Shown in pieces: positions 1 to 8,550 of a stretch of 64,000 nt of DNA; the first letter of the stretch is position 1; the number at the start of each line of letters is the position of its first letter. The DNA comes from Bacilli bacterium (GTDB lineage Bacteria; Bacillota_I; Bacilli_A; RFN20; CAG-449). The notes beneath the pieces were generated by a model that saw only the letters and a list, made by a program, of their open reading frames with translations, did not search any database and was not told the DNA's origin. The stretch covers positions 23,812-87,811 of the forward strand of contig CAAEFC010000040.1 in NCBI GenBank assembly GCA_900755065.1, written 5' to 3'. Position numbers and translations under genes: made by a program.

Positions 1-1785
1 CAGGCCTACGAAACCGGCCAGGGATCGATCACGATCCGTTCCAAGTGCCGGATCGAAGAACTTCACAACGGCAAAAAGCGAATCGTCGTGACGGAAATCC
101 CGTATCAGGTCAACAAAGCGGCGATGATCGAATCGATGGGAAAACTGGTTCACGAGAAGATCGTCGACGGAATCACCGATATCCGCGATGAATCCAACAA
201 AGAAGGAATCCGCGTCGTCATCGAAGTCCGGAAAGACGTCGTCGCGGAAGTGATTCTGAATCAACTTTACAAACTCACGCAGTTGCAGATCAGTTACGGC
301 ATCATCATGCTCGCGCTTCACAACGGCGAGCCGAAAATCATGCCGATCACCGAAGTGCTGAAAGACTATTTCGATTTTCAGTGCGAAGTCATCGAGCGGA
401 GAACGCGCTTTGATCTGAATAAGGCGTTGGACCGGTTGCACTTGCTGGAAGGATTGCTGATCGCCATCGACAACATCGACGAAGTGGTGCATACGATCCG
501 CAGTTCCAAAACCAACGAAATCGCCAAAGCCGCATTGATGGAAAGATTCAGCCTTTCGGAAGTGCAGACCAAAGCGATTCTGGATATGCGTCTCGCCCGG
601 CTGACCGGCCTGGAACGGGATTCGATCGTCAACGAAATCGCTCAGTTGAAACTCGCCGTCGCCGAATATCAGGCGATTCTCAACGATCATCAGAAAGTCG
701 TGGACGTCGTCGTCAAAGAACTGGAAGAAATCAAGCAGAAGTACGGCGACGAACGGAGAACCGAAATATCCGACGACACCTCGATGATCGACGACGAGGA
801 TCTGATTCCGGAAGAGGACATCATCATCACGATCACGTCGGGAGGATACATCAAACGGCAGGATCCGGATTCTTTCCGCAGTCAGAAGCGGGGAGGAAAA
901 GGCGTCAAGGGCATGTCGACCCACGAGGACGATCTGGTCGAACAGATCGTCTATTCCAAAACCCATGCGGATCTTTTGATTTTCACCAATCTGGGAAAGG
1001 TTTACCGGATTCGGGGATACAAGGTACCTGCGGCGGCGAAAACGTCGAAAGGAACGCCTTACGTCAATCTCTTCGATTTTGAAAAAGACGAAAAGATCCG
1101 TTCGATTCTCACCTTTGACCATTATGTCGAAGGGCAGCATCTCTTCTTCGCCACGCGCGACGGCTTAGTCAAGCGGACGACGATCGAGGAATTCAAACTG
1201 ATCCGTCAGAATGGCAAGAAAGCGATCACGATGCGGGAGGGCGACGAACTCGTCGATGTCAAACTGACGACCGGCCATTCGATCGTCTGTCTTTCCTGCG
1301 ACAACGGGCGCATGGTGAAATTCATGGAGCAGGACGTCCGGGCGATGGGAAGAACCGCCGCGGGAGTCAAGGGAATGAACACCGACGGAGGAAAAATCGT
1401 CGGACTCACCACTGCCGACGAGGGCGAACTGATCTTCGTCATCTCCGAACACGGCTACGGAAAACTTTCCAGACTGGAAGATTACCGGCTCACCAAGCGC
1501 GGATCCAAAGGCGTCGTGACGATGAACATGACGGAGAAAACCGGGAACATCATCACGACGAAATCCGTTTCGGGCGACGAGGACATCATGGTCATCACGA
1601 TCGGCGGTATTTTAATCCGCACGTCGTTAAAAGAAGTCAACGTCGTCGGAAGAAACACGCAGGGCGTGAAGATCATCCGGATCAAAGACAACGAAAAGGT
1701 TTCTTCGATCGCCGTCGTCAAAGGCGATTCTTTCGAAGAGGAAGAAGCGGAAGAGATTTCGCCGGAAAGCGGCGAACAGGCATAA
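1..1785 (+). CDS. gyrA: DNA gyrase subunit A, C-terminal part (5' end outside window)
   Basis: Frame 1 is open from base 1 (QAYETGQGSITIRSKCRIEE...) and continues into tracked ORF 88..1785. It has a GyrA-box-like SQKRGGKGVKG, repeated beta-pinwheel blades and an acidic C-terminal tail. Confidence 0.93.
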   Translation, partial: QAYETGQGSITIRSKCRIEELHNGKKRIVVTEIPYQVNKAAMIESMGKLVHEKIVDGITDIRDESNKEGIRVVIEVRKDVVAEVILNQLYKLTQLQISYGIIMLALHNGEPKIMPITEVLKDYFDFQCEVIERRTRFDLNKALDRLHLLEGLLIAIDNIDEVVHTIRSSKTNEIAKAALMERFSLSEVQTKAILDMRLARLTGLERDSIVNEIAQLKLAVAEYQAILNDHQKVVDVVVKELEEIKQKYGDERRTEISDDTSMIDDEDLIPEEDIIITITSGGYIKRQDPDSFRSQKRGGKGVKGMSTHEDDLVEQIVYSKTHADLLIFTNLGKVYRIRGYKVPAAAKTSKGTPYVNLFDFEKDEKIRSILTFDHYVEGQHLFFATRDGLVKRTTIEEFKLIRQNGKKAITMREGDELVDVKLTTGHSIVCLSCDNGRMVKFMEQDVRAMGRTAAGVKGMNTDGGKIVGLTTADEGELIFVISEHGYGKLSRLEDYRLTKRGSKGVVTMNMTEKTGNIITTKSVSGDEDIMVITIGGILIRTSLKEVNVVGRNTQGVKIIRIKDNEKVSSIAVVKGDSFEEEEAEEISPESGEQA

Positions 1786-1790
1786 AAAAA

Positions 1791-1820
1791 CAGGCGATCG
1801 GTTTCGGTTGCCTGCTTTTT
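1791..1820 (+). terminator. Rho-independent terminator after gyrA
   Basis: Stem CAGGC...GCCTG followed by CTTTTT, immediately after the gyrA stop codon. Confidence 0.6.
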
Positions 1821-1839
1821 AACAAACGGGATAAAAGAT

Positions 1840-2820
1840 ATGAAAGTCTATTTAAGCAAAAAATTCAGAACGAATTTTTATCACATTCATTCGCGGTTGC
1901 ATCGGGACTTTTCGAGCCTGTACTATTTGCAGGGGACTGATGTCGTGACCAATATCGAACAGTATTTCGATTTCGCTCATTTCGTGGATATCTACGCCAA
2001 AAGCGAGATTGCCTACGTCAAGGAACATCTGAAAAAGAAGGTCATCGTCAACTATTTCGTCCGGAAACTGCCGAAGTTCAGCGGAATCAGCGACGTCCGC
2101 ATTCCTTTTGAAGACAAGAGAATCCTGAACAAATGCGATCTGATTCTCGTCTCCTGTCAGGCGGACAAGATGATTCTGATCGCCAACGAAGTCCGGACGC
2201 CGATCGAGATTCTTACTCCGGCTCTAAGCGAGGAGAGATACAGCAAAATGAGTCCGTTGGAAAGGGGTTCTTTCGCCCAATACGCCGGACTTCTGAAAGA
2301 CGAACAGACGGCTTTCGCGGTGGTGAATTACCGGAACGTTCAGGATATTCAGGACCTGATCGCTCTGGCGGAATCGATGAAAAATCTGAGTTTTTATGTT
2401 TTCGGACCGAAAGTCAAAGTTTTTTCCACTTCCGGGAAAATCAGCAAGATGATCAAAAAAGCGCCGAAAAATCTGCATTTCAAAGCCTATGTTTCCGAAG
2501 ATATCTTCAAATCGGCGGTCGTGACTTCCAAGGTATTCATCGTGACGAGAGAAGCGGAACTGGAAATCATCAACATTCTGGAAGCGATGATCGCCAAAAC
2601 GCAAGTCGTTACGTTCAACAACCATTTTACCGGAGACGTACTGATCGACGACGTCAACTGCATCGTCGCCTGTTCGCCCGAACAGATGGCGGAGAAAATT
2701 CAGAGCGTGCTCGACGGAAAAGCCGGCACGGTCGAGGAAGCCTGGCGGGAAGCCCGGGAATACGATTACGATTCGCGGGGGAAGATTCTGAAAGAAATCG
2801 TCAAGAATTGTATTGAATAA
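1840..2820 (+). CDS. Hypothetical protein, possibly glycosyltransferase-like (GT-B C-terminal half)
   Basis: 326-aa ORF. Its C-terminal half (EAELEIINILEAMIAKTQVVTFNN...) resembles the E-x7-E / LEAMA-G-PVV region of GT1/GT4 enzymes. The overlapping alternative-frame and antisense ORFs look spurious. Confidence 0.5.
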   Translation: MKVYLSKKFRTNFYHIHSRLHRDFSSLYYLQGTDVVTNIEQYFDFAHFVDIYAKSEIAYVKEHLKKKVIVNYFVRKLPKFSGISDVRIPFEDKRILNKCDLILVSCQADKMILIANEVRTPIEILTPALSEERYSKMSPLERGSFAQYAGLLKDEQTAFAVVNYRNVQDIQDLIALAESMKNLSFYVFGPKVKVFSTSGKISKMIKKAPKNLHFKAYVSEDIFKSAVVTSKVFIVTREAELEIINILEAMIAKTQVVTFNNHFTGDVLIDDVNCIVACSPEQMAEKIQSVLDGKAGTVEEAWREAREYDYDSRGKILKEIVKNCIE

Positions 2821-2869
2821 AATTCCTTCGCGGAATAAAATAGAGATGTCCGAAGACGGGCAATAAAAC

Positions 2870-3062
2870 CGGTTTTTTCTGTTCAGAGAGCCTTTGGCTG
2901 GTGAAAAAAGGCGATAAAAGCGGTTTATTCCGGCCCCGAGGAAGAAGGTAGTGCTTCCGTCGACTGCGTTAAAGTCATTCGAGGCGGCGAAGAACCGCGA
3001 ATGAGGGTGGCACCGCGAGAAATTCGCCCCTTGGTAGGATTTTACCAGGGGGCTTTTATTTG
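2870..3062 (+). promoter_or_regulatory. T-box leader (tRNA-sensing riboswitch) controlling serS
   Basis: AGAGAG at 2885-2890 and GGCTGGTGAAA-type distal stem I elements. Canonical T-box sequence AATGAGGGTGGCACCGCG at 3000-3017. Terminator hairpin GCCCCTTGGTA/TACCAGGGGGC plus T-run at 3026-3060, directly upstream of serS. Confidence 0.85.
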
Positions 3063-3076
3063 TAAAGGAGAGAAAA

Positions 3077-4357
3077 ATGCTGGATATCAAGTTTGTCAGA
3101 GAAAATCCGGAAACGGTCAAAGAAAACATCAGAAAAAAATTTCAGGACGAGAAACTTCATCTCGTCGATGAAGTCATCGCGCTAGACGAAAAACTGCGTG
3201 CGCTGAAATCCGAAGGCGGCGATCTCCGCGCGGAACGGAATGCGACCAGTCAGAAGATCGGGGCATTGATGCGCGAGAAGAAAAAGGACGAAGCCGAGGC
3301 GATGAAGAAAAGAGTCGTCGAAATCAACGAGCGGCTGGTCGGCATCGAGAAAGACGAAGCCCTGTTCGCAGAAGAATTGAAAAAACGGATGATGGTGATT
3401 CCCAATATCCTCGATCCGGAAGTTCCGATCGGAAAAGACGACAGCGAAAATGTGGAAAGAGAACGCTTTATCGAACCGAAGAAGTTTGATTTCGAGATTC
3501 CTTATCATCTCGATATTTTGGAGAAACTGCACGGCATCGATCTGGATTCGGCCCGAAAGGTCGCCGGGAACGGCTTCTACTATTTAACCGGGAACATCGC
3601 CCGTCTTCACGAGGCGGTCATCGCTTATGCCAGAGATTTCATGATCGACAAGGGCTTCACCTACGTGATTCCTCCTTTCATGATCCGGAGCAATGTCGTC
3701 ACCGGCGTGATGTCTTTCGCGGAAATGGATCAGATGATGTACAAAATCGAAGGAGAAGACCTGTTTCTGATCGGAACCAGCGAACATTCGATGATCGGCC
3801 GTTTCATCGATACGATCAACGAGAAGAGCAAATTGCCGTATACGCTGACATCGTATTCGCCTTGTTTCCGGAAAGAGAAAGGCGCGCACGGCATCGAAGA
3901 GAGGGGAATCTATCGGATTCACCAGTTTGAAAAGCAGGAGATGATCGTCGTTTGCGAACCGGATCAATCCAAAGCGTGGTTCGACAAACTGTGGAGTTAC
4001 ACCGTCGAACTCTTTACTTCGATGAAAATACCGGTCCGCACGCTGGAATGCTGCTCCGGCGATCTCGCGGATCTGAAAGTGCGTTCGATCGACGTCGAGG
4101 CGTGGTCGCCGCGTCAGAACAAGTACTTTGAAGTGGGTTCCTGCTCGAATCTCGGAGACGCGCAGGCGAGAAGACTGGGTATCCGGATCAAAGGCGAAAA
4201 GGGAAATTATTTCGCGCATACGCTGAACAATACCGTCGTCGCTCCGCCGAGAATGCTGATCGCGATTCTGGAAAACTTTCTGCACGAAGACGGGTCGGTC
4301 GATATTCCGGAAGTGCTCTGGTCCTATATGGGCGGAACGCGCGTTCTGAAACCGTAG
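3077..4357 (+). CDS. serS: Seryl-tRNA synthetase
   Basis: 426 aa. N-terminal coiled-coil arm (MLDIKFVRENPE...) and a class II catalytic core (FRKEKGAHG..., RIHQFEKQE, GSCSNLGDAQARRL). Preceded by a GGAG ribosome-binding site (RBS) and the T-box leader. Confidence 0.95.
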   Translation: MLDIKFVRENPETVKENIRKKFQDEKLHLVDEVIALDEKLRALKSEGGDLRAERNATSQKIGALMREKKKDEAEAMKKRVVEINERLVGIEKDEALFAEELKKRMMVIPNILDPEVPIGKDDSENVERERFIEPKKFDFEIPYHLDILEKLHGIDLDSARKVAGNGFYYLTGNIARLHEAVIAYARDFMIDKGFTYVIPPFMIRSNVVTGVMSFAEMDQMMYKIEGEDLFLIGTSEHSMIGRFIDTINEKSKLPYTLTSYSPCFRKEKGAHGIEERGIYRIHQFEKQEMIVVCEPDQSKAWFDKLWSYTVELFTSMKIPVRTLECCSGDLADLKVRSIDVEAWSPRQNKYFEVGSCSNLGDAQARRLGIRIKGEKGNYFAHTLNNTVVAPPRMLIAILENFLHEDGSVDIPEVLWSYMGGTRVLKP

Positions 4358-4365
4358 AGAATGAA

Positions 4366-4390
4366 AGTCCGTTCAAAAACGGGCTTTTTC
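4366..4390 (+). terminator. Rho-independent terminator after serS
   Basis: AGTCCGTT / AACGGGCT stem followed by a T5 run, 9 nt after the serS stop. Confidence 0.65.
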
Positions 4391-4464
4391 TTTCGGTTTA
4401 TCGGTCAAATTCAACGAATTTATGCGAAAGAAGTGATGATTTCCGTTTACCTATGCTATAATAG

Positions 4465-4551
4465 AAGTGCCATCGCGATGCAAGCAGGCGAAACAGGTCA
4501 GGATCGGGAGATAGCAGCCTTAAACCGCGCTTGCCTGTGCGGTGGTTTTTT
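4465..4551 (+). ncRNA. ffs: Small (4.5S-type) signal recognition particle RNA
   Basis: Extended -10 promoter TGCTATAAT at 4454-4462. Domain IV signature CAGGTCAGGATCGGGAGATAGCAGCC at 4494-4519 (compare E. coli 4.5S CAGGUCAGGUCCGGAAGGAAGCAGCC). The 5' and 3' ends can pair and the RNA ends in a T6 run at 4546-4551. Boundaries are approximate. Confidence 0.75.
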
Positions 4552-4558
4552 AAAAACG

Positions 4559-5062
4559 ATGAACGAAGATACGAAATGGATGAAAATGGCTTTGAAAGAA
4601 GCCGAGAAAGCGGCGAAGATCGACGAAGTTCCCGTCGGCTGTATTCTCGTGCGCGATGGAAAAGCGATCGCGCGGGGGCATAACACGAGAGAAAAAGAGC
4701 ATTTCGTCGCCGCGCATGCGGAAATCAATGCGATCCGGAAAGCGGAAAAAAAGGTCGGGGACTGGCAATTGAACGATTGTGTACTTTACGTCACATTAGA
4801 ACCCTGCCCGATGTGCGCCGGGGCGATTTATCAGTCGCGGATACGGAAAGTGGTTTTCGGCGCGCCCGATCGGAAACAAGGCGCTTTGGGTTCCTGCATG
4901 AACCTGTACGAAGTGCAGAGTCTCAATCACTTCCCGGAAGTCGAAAGCGGCGTGCTGAAAGAAGAATGCGCGGAAATGCTGACGACCTTCTTTCGGGAAA
5001 AGCGCAAAAAAAGGATAAAAAATGAGATTATTCAAACAATAAGCATCGGTGAAAGCGAATGA
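4559..5062 (+). CDS. tadA: tRNA-specific adenosine deaminase
   Basis: Homology starts at MNEDTKWMKMALKEAEKAAKIDEVPVGCILV. Zinc motifs HAE (AAHAEINAI) and PCPMC are present. The tracked ORF start at 4361 would read through the SRP RNA, so the start is set to the ATG at 4559. Confidence 0.88.
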   Translation: MNEDTKWMKMALKEAEKAAKIDEVPVGCILVRDGKAIARGHNTREKEHFVAAHAEINAIRKAEKKVGDWQLNDCVLYVTLEPCPMCAGAIYQSRIRKVVFGAPDRKQGALGSCMNLYEVQSLNHFPEVESGVLKEECAEMLTTFFREKRKKRIKNEIIQTISIGESE

Positions 5063-5463
5063 AATTTTTTCAGACCGTCCGAAAAGCGATGCAATATGCG
5101 GGAATGCTCTTTTTTTTATTTCTATTCAGCACGATCATCACCTCTTTCGTCTACTATCAGCACCGCGTCGATCGTCTGGACGACCTTCGCAACGTCGAAA
5201 TCTTTCAGAGCGAAGAAGTCCTTTCTTTCCGTTGCTACGGGGATCGGCAGTTGAATATCGAAGTGGAATACCGGGAAGAAAAATCGCCGGCGTACGTGAT
5301 GATGGTTGCGTATTACTATTTCGATCGGTATGCGGAGCCGGTGCAACTCTTCGATTTTACCGACGGCTTTCTTCTGACCGTCGATTCAAACGGTATTCTA
5401 ATCCTTTCCGTTTACGAAAAGGAGAATGTCGATAAAACGCATTTTTTGTCGATTGAACGGTAA
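5059..5463 (+). CDS. Hypothetical membrane-anchored protein
   Basis: 134 aa. Its start overlaps the tadA stop (ATGA). One N-terminal hydrophobic helix (AGMLFFLFLFSTIITSFVYY). No recognisable domain. Confidence 0.55.
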   Translation: MKFFQTVRKAMQYAGMLFFLFLFSTIITSFVYYQHRVDRLDDLRNVEIFQSEEVLSFRCYGDRQLNIEVEYREEKSPAYVMMVAYYYFDRYAEPVQLFDFTDGFLLTVDSNGILILSVYEKENVDKTHFLSIER

Positions 5464-5803
5464 AGCCGATTTTGAACTTTCTTGTCGGCTTCAACCGTTT
5501 TCAAACGCGGCATATCCTCTTTTTCCGCATGAATTTGGAAATTATGATTTATTTTTGTTTCAAAAAGCAAAGTACTAAAAAATTACTAAGAAAAAAATCT
5601 GAAAACCAGGAAAATCCATCTCAAAAAATTACATCGATATTTTTTCAGAATTCGGTTGATTTTTCTGATTGGCGAATGGTAATATAGGGGCACACTCCCA
5701 TCAAGCAGAATAATAGCTTTGGAGATGTTTAAAAGGTAAGAAAATCTATTTTTCTTTGCGCCATTTTCAGGATTACGGCGAAAATCAGACGGAGGTTAAG
5801 GGT

Positions 5804-7981
5804 ATGAAAGTGATTAAACGCAGCGGTGTGGAAACCAAATTCGATGTGAACAAGATCATCTTGGCGATTTCAAAAGCCAATCAGAGTACTGAACCGGAGC
5901 ATCGGATTTCCGATGAAGAGATTCGGAGAATCTCCGAAAATATCGCCGCGCAGTGCAAAAAACTTCGGAAATCGATGAACGTCGAAGAGATTCAGGATCT
6001 CGTCGAAAACGAACTGATGAGCGAAGGCACGCACGAATTGGCGAAGAATTACATTACTTATCGGTACAGTCGCGCCCTTGTGCGGAAAGCGAATACGACC
6101 GACGCGCAGATCATGAGTCTGATCGAATGCAACAACGAAGAAGTCAAGCAGGAGAATTCCAACAAGAATCCGACCGTCAATTCGGTGCAGAGGGATTATA
6201 TGGCTGGCGAGGTCAGCAAAGACATCACCAAACGGTTTCTTTTGCCGGAAGACGTCGTGGAAGCCCACGAAGAGGGAATCATTCACTTTCACGACGCCGA
6301 CTATTTCGCCCAGCATATGCACAATTGCGATCTGGTCAATCTGGAAGATATGCTTCAAAACGGGACCGTCATTTCCGGGACGCTGATCGAAAAGCCGAAG
6401 AGTTTTTCCACCGCCTGCAACATTGCCACGCAGATCATCGCGCAGGTAGCGTCGAGCCAATACGGCGGGCAGTCGATTTCACTGTCCCACCTGGCGCCTT
6501 TCGTGCAGGTGAGCCGCGATCGGATCACCAAAGAGGTGCAGGAAGAAAGCCGTCTGACGGGACTCGAACTGAGCGAAGAGCAGATCGGCATCATCGTCGA
6601 ACGGCGTCTTCGCGATGAGATCAAGAAAGGCGTTCAGACCATTCAGTATCAGGTGGTTACGCTGATGACGACCAACGGACAGGCTCCGTTCGTGACCGTG
6701 TTCATGTATCTCAACGAAGTCAAAGATCCGAAAGTGCGCGAAGATCTCGCCCTCATCATCGAAGAGTGCCTGAATCAGCGCTACGAGGGCGTCAAAAACG
6801 AACAGGGCGTCTGGATCACGCCGGCGTTCCCGAAACTGATCTACGTTCTGGAAGAAGACAATATCCGCGAAGATTCCAAATACTGGTATCTGACGAAACT
6901 GGCTGCGAAAGTGACGGCCAAGAGAATGGTCCCGGATTACATTTCCGAGAAGAAGATGCTCGAATACAAGATCGACAAAAACGGAAACGGAAATTGCTAT
7001 CCGTGCATGGGGTGCCGGAGTTTCCTGACGCCTTATGTGGACGAAAACGGGAAACCGAAGTATTACGGTCGTTTCAATCAGGGCGTGGTAACGATCAATC
7101 TGGTCGACATCGCCTGTTCCTCGAATCGGGATCACGATAAATTCTGGAAGATTTTCGACGACCGCATGAATCTCTGCCATCGGGCGCTTCAAGCCCGGCA
7201 CAACCGGCTGAAAGGCACGCTTTCCGATGTCGCGCCGATCCTCTGGCAGTACGGAGCGATCGCGCGCTTAAAGAAAGGCGAAAAGATCGATAAACTTCTT
7301 TACGGCGGCTATTCCACGATCTCTTTGGGATACGCCGGTCTCTGGGAAACCGTTTACTATATGACCGGAAAGAAGATGACCGAGCCGGAGGGAACGGAAT
7401 TCGGTCTGAAAATCATGGAAAAACTCAATGAATATACGGGGAAATGGAAGAAAGCGGAGAACATCGACTACTCCCTTTACGGAACGCCGTTGGAAAGCAC
7501 GACGTATAAATTCGCCCGGTGCCTGAAAAAACGTTTCGGCATCATCGAAGGCGTCACGGACAAGAACTACATCACCAACAGTTATCACATTCACGTTACC
7601 GAACCGATCAATGCGTTTGAAAAACTGATCTTTGAGTCCAGATTCCAGAAACTCTCTCCGGGCGGCGCGATCAGTTACGTCGAAGTGCCGAACATGCAGA
7701 ACAACATCGAAGCGGTTCTCGAAGTGATCAAATGCATTTACGAGAACATCATGTACGCCGAACTGAATACCAAGAGCGATTACTGCCAATGCTGCGGCTA
7801 CGACGGGGAAATTCTGATCGTCAAGGACGAAGACGGAAAACTGGTCTGGGAATGTCCGCGGTGCGGAAACCGCGATCAGTCGAAACTCAACGTCGCGCGA
7901 AGAACCTGCGGCTATATCGGCACTCAGTTCTGGAATCAGGGCCGGACCGAAGAAATCAAGGAAAGAGTGCTTCACCTTTGA
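5804..7981 (+). CDS. nrdD: Anaerobic ribonucleoside-triphosphate reductase (class III)
   Basis: ATP-cone N-terminus (MKVIKRSGVETKFDVNKI), C-terminal zinc ribbon (CQCCGYDGE...CPRCGN) and a glycyl-radical motif RRTCGYIG. GGAGG RBS upstream of the ATG at 5804. Confidence 0.95.
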   Translation: MKVIKRSGVETKFDVNKIILAISKANQSTEPEHRISDEEIRRISENIAAQCKKLRKSMNVEEIQDLVENELMSEGTHELAKNYITYRYSRALVRKANTTDAQIMSLIECNNEEVKQENSNKNPTVNSVQRDYMAGEVSKDITKRFLLPEDVVEAHEEGIIHFHDADYFAQHMHNCDLVNLEDMLQNGTVISGTLIEKPKSFSTACNIATQIIAQVASSQYGGQSISLSHLAPFVQVSRDRITKEVQEESRLTGLELSEEQIGIIVERRLRDEIKKGVQTIQYQVVTLMTTNGQAPFVTVFMYLNEVKDPKVREDLALIIEECLNQRYEGVKNEQGVWITPAFPKLIYVLEEDNIREDSKYWYLTKLAAKVTAKRMVPDYISEKKMLEYKIDKNGNGNCYPCMGCRSFLTPYVDENGKPKYYGRFNQGVVTINLVDIACSSNRDHDKFWKIFDDRMNLCHRALQARHNRLKGTLSDVAPILWQYGAIARLKKGEKIDKLLYGGYSTISLGYAGLWETVYYMTGKKMTEPEGTEFGLKIMEKLNEYTGKWKKAENIDYSLYGTPLESTTYKFARCLKKRFGIIEGVTDKNYITNSYHIHVTEPINAFEKLIFESRFQKLSPGGAISYVEVPNMQNNIEAVLEVIKCIYENIMYAELNTKSDYCQCCGYDGEILIVKDEDGKLVWECPRCGNRDQSKLNVARRTCGYIGTQFWNQGRTEEIKERVLHL

Positions 7982-7982
7982 T

Positions 7983-8522
7983 ATGAAATTCGGCGAAATC
8001 AAAAACTGCGATATCGCGAATGGTCTCGGCGTCCGTGTCTCCTTGTTCGTCTCCGGTTGCACGCATCATTGCGAAGGGTGTTTCAATCAGGTCAGTTGGG
8101 ATTTCGATTACGGCGAAGAGTTTACCGATGAAGTTCAGGAGCATATTCTGGAATGGATGCGTCCTTCGTTTATCGCCGGGCTGACGCTTTTAGGCGGAGA
8201 GCCGATGGAACCGTCCAACCAGAAAGCGTTGCTTCCGTTTCTGAAAAAAGTCAAAGCAAGGTATCCGAAAAAAAATATCTGGCTCTATTCCGGATATCTT
8301 TTTGAACGCGACATTCTGGGAACCTCCCGGATTCATTCCCCGACGACCGATGAACTGATCGCTTTGATCGATGTCCTCGTCGACGGAGAATTCGTTCTGG
8401 AAAAGAAGGACATCGCCTTGAAATTCCGCGGTTCTTCCAACCAGCGGATCATCGACGTGAAAGCATCTTTGAAAAGAGGGGAGACTGTTTTGGTTGAATC
8501 TTTGATGAAAGACTCTTTATAA
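7983..8522 (+). CDS. nrdG: Anaerobic ribonucleotide reductase activating protein (radical SAM)
   Basis: CTHHCEGCFN radical-SAM CxxxCxxC motif. Starts 2 nt after the nrdD stop. Confidence 0.93.
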   Translation: MKFGEIKNCDIANGLGVRVSLFVSGCTHHCEGCFNQVSWDFDYGEEFTDEVQEHILEWMRPSFIAGLTLLGGEPMEPSNQKALLPFLKKVKARYPKKNIWLYSGYLFERDILGTSRIHSPTTDELIALIDVLVDGEFVLEKKDIALKFRGSSNQRIIDVKASLKRGETVLVESLMKDSL

Positions 8523-8550
8523 TGAAGATAATCGAAAGGATCTTTGATTT

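Noticed and set aside
2906-2990. Assignment of the T-box specifier codon (several Ser codons such as TCC and TCG occur in the descending strand of stem I).
   Set aside because: I cannot fold stem I reliably by eye, so the specifier is left unassigned. Serine specificity is inferred only from the downstream serS.
2224-3129. Long antisense or alternative-frame ORFs across the backbone (for example 2224..3129 -, 8449..9360 -, 10512..11759 -, 37271..37843 -, 45609..46385 +, 49551..50978 + of 475 aa, 50860..51582 -).
   Set aside because: Each lies opposite or out of frame to a gene with strong family motifs. Their translations are low-complexity (R/F/H/D-rich) and lack RBSs. This is typical of spurious ORFs in moderately GC-rich coding DNA.
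4361-4558. N-terminal 66-codon extension of tadA in the tracked ORF.
   Set aside because: It covers the serS terminator, a promoter and the SRP RNA, including its T-run. TadA homology starts only at 4559.
5640-5803. Looked for NrdR boxes or a cobalamin riboswitch upstream of nrdD.
   Set aside because: I saw a plausible promoter (TTGATT-18-TAATAT) and a leader of about 110 nt. No convincing pair of 16-bp NrdR palindromes and no B12-box was visible by eye. A position weight matrix or Rfam scan would be needed.
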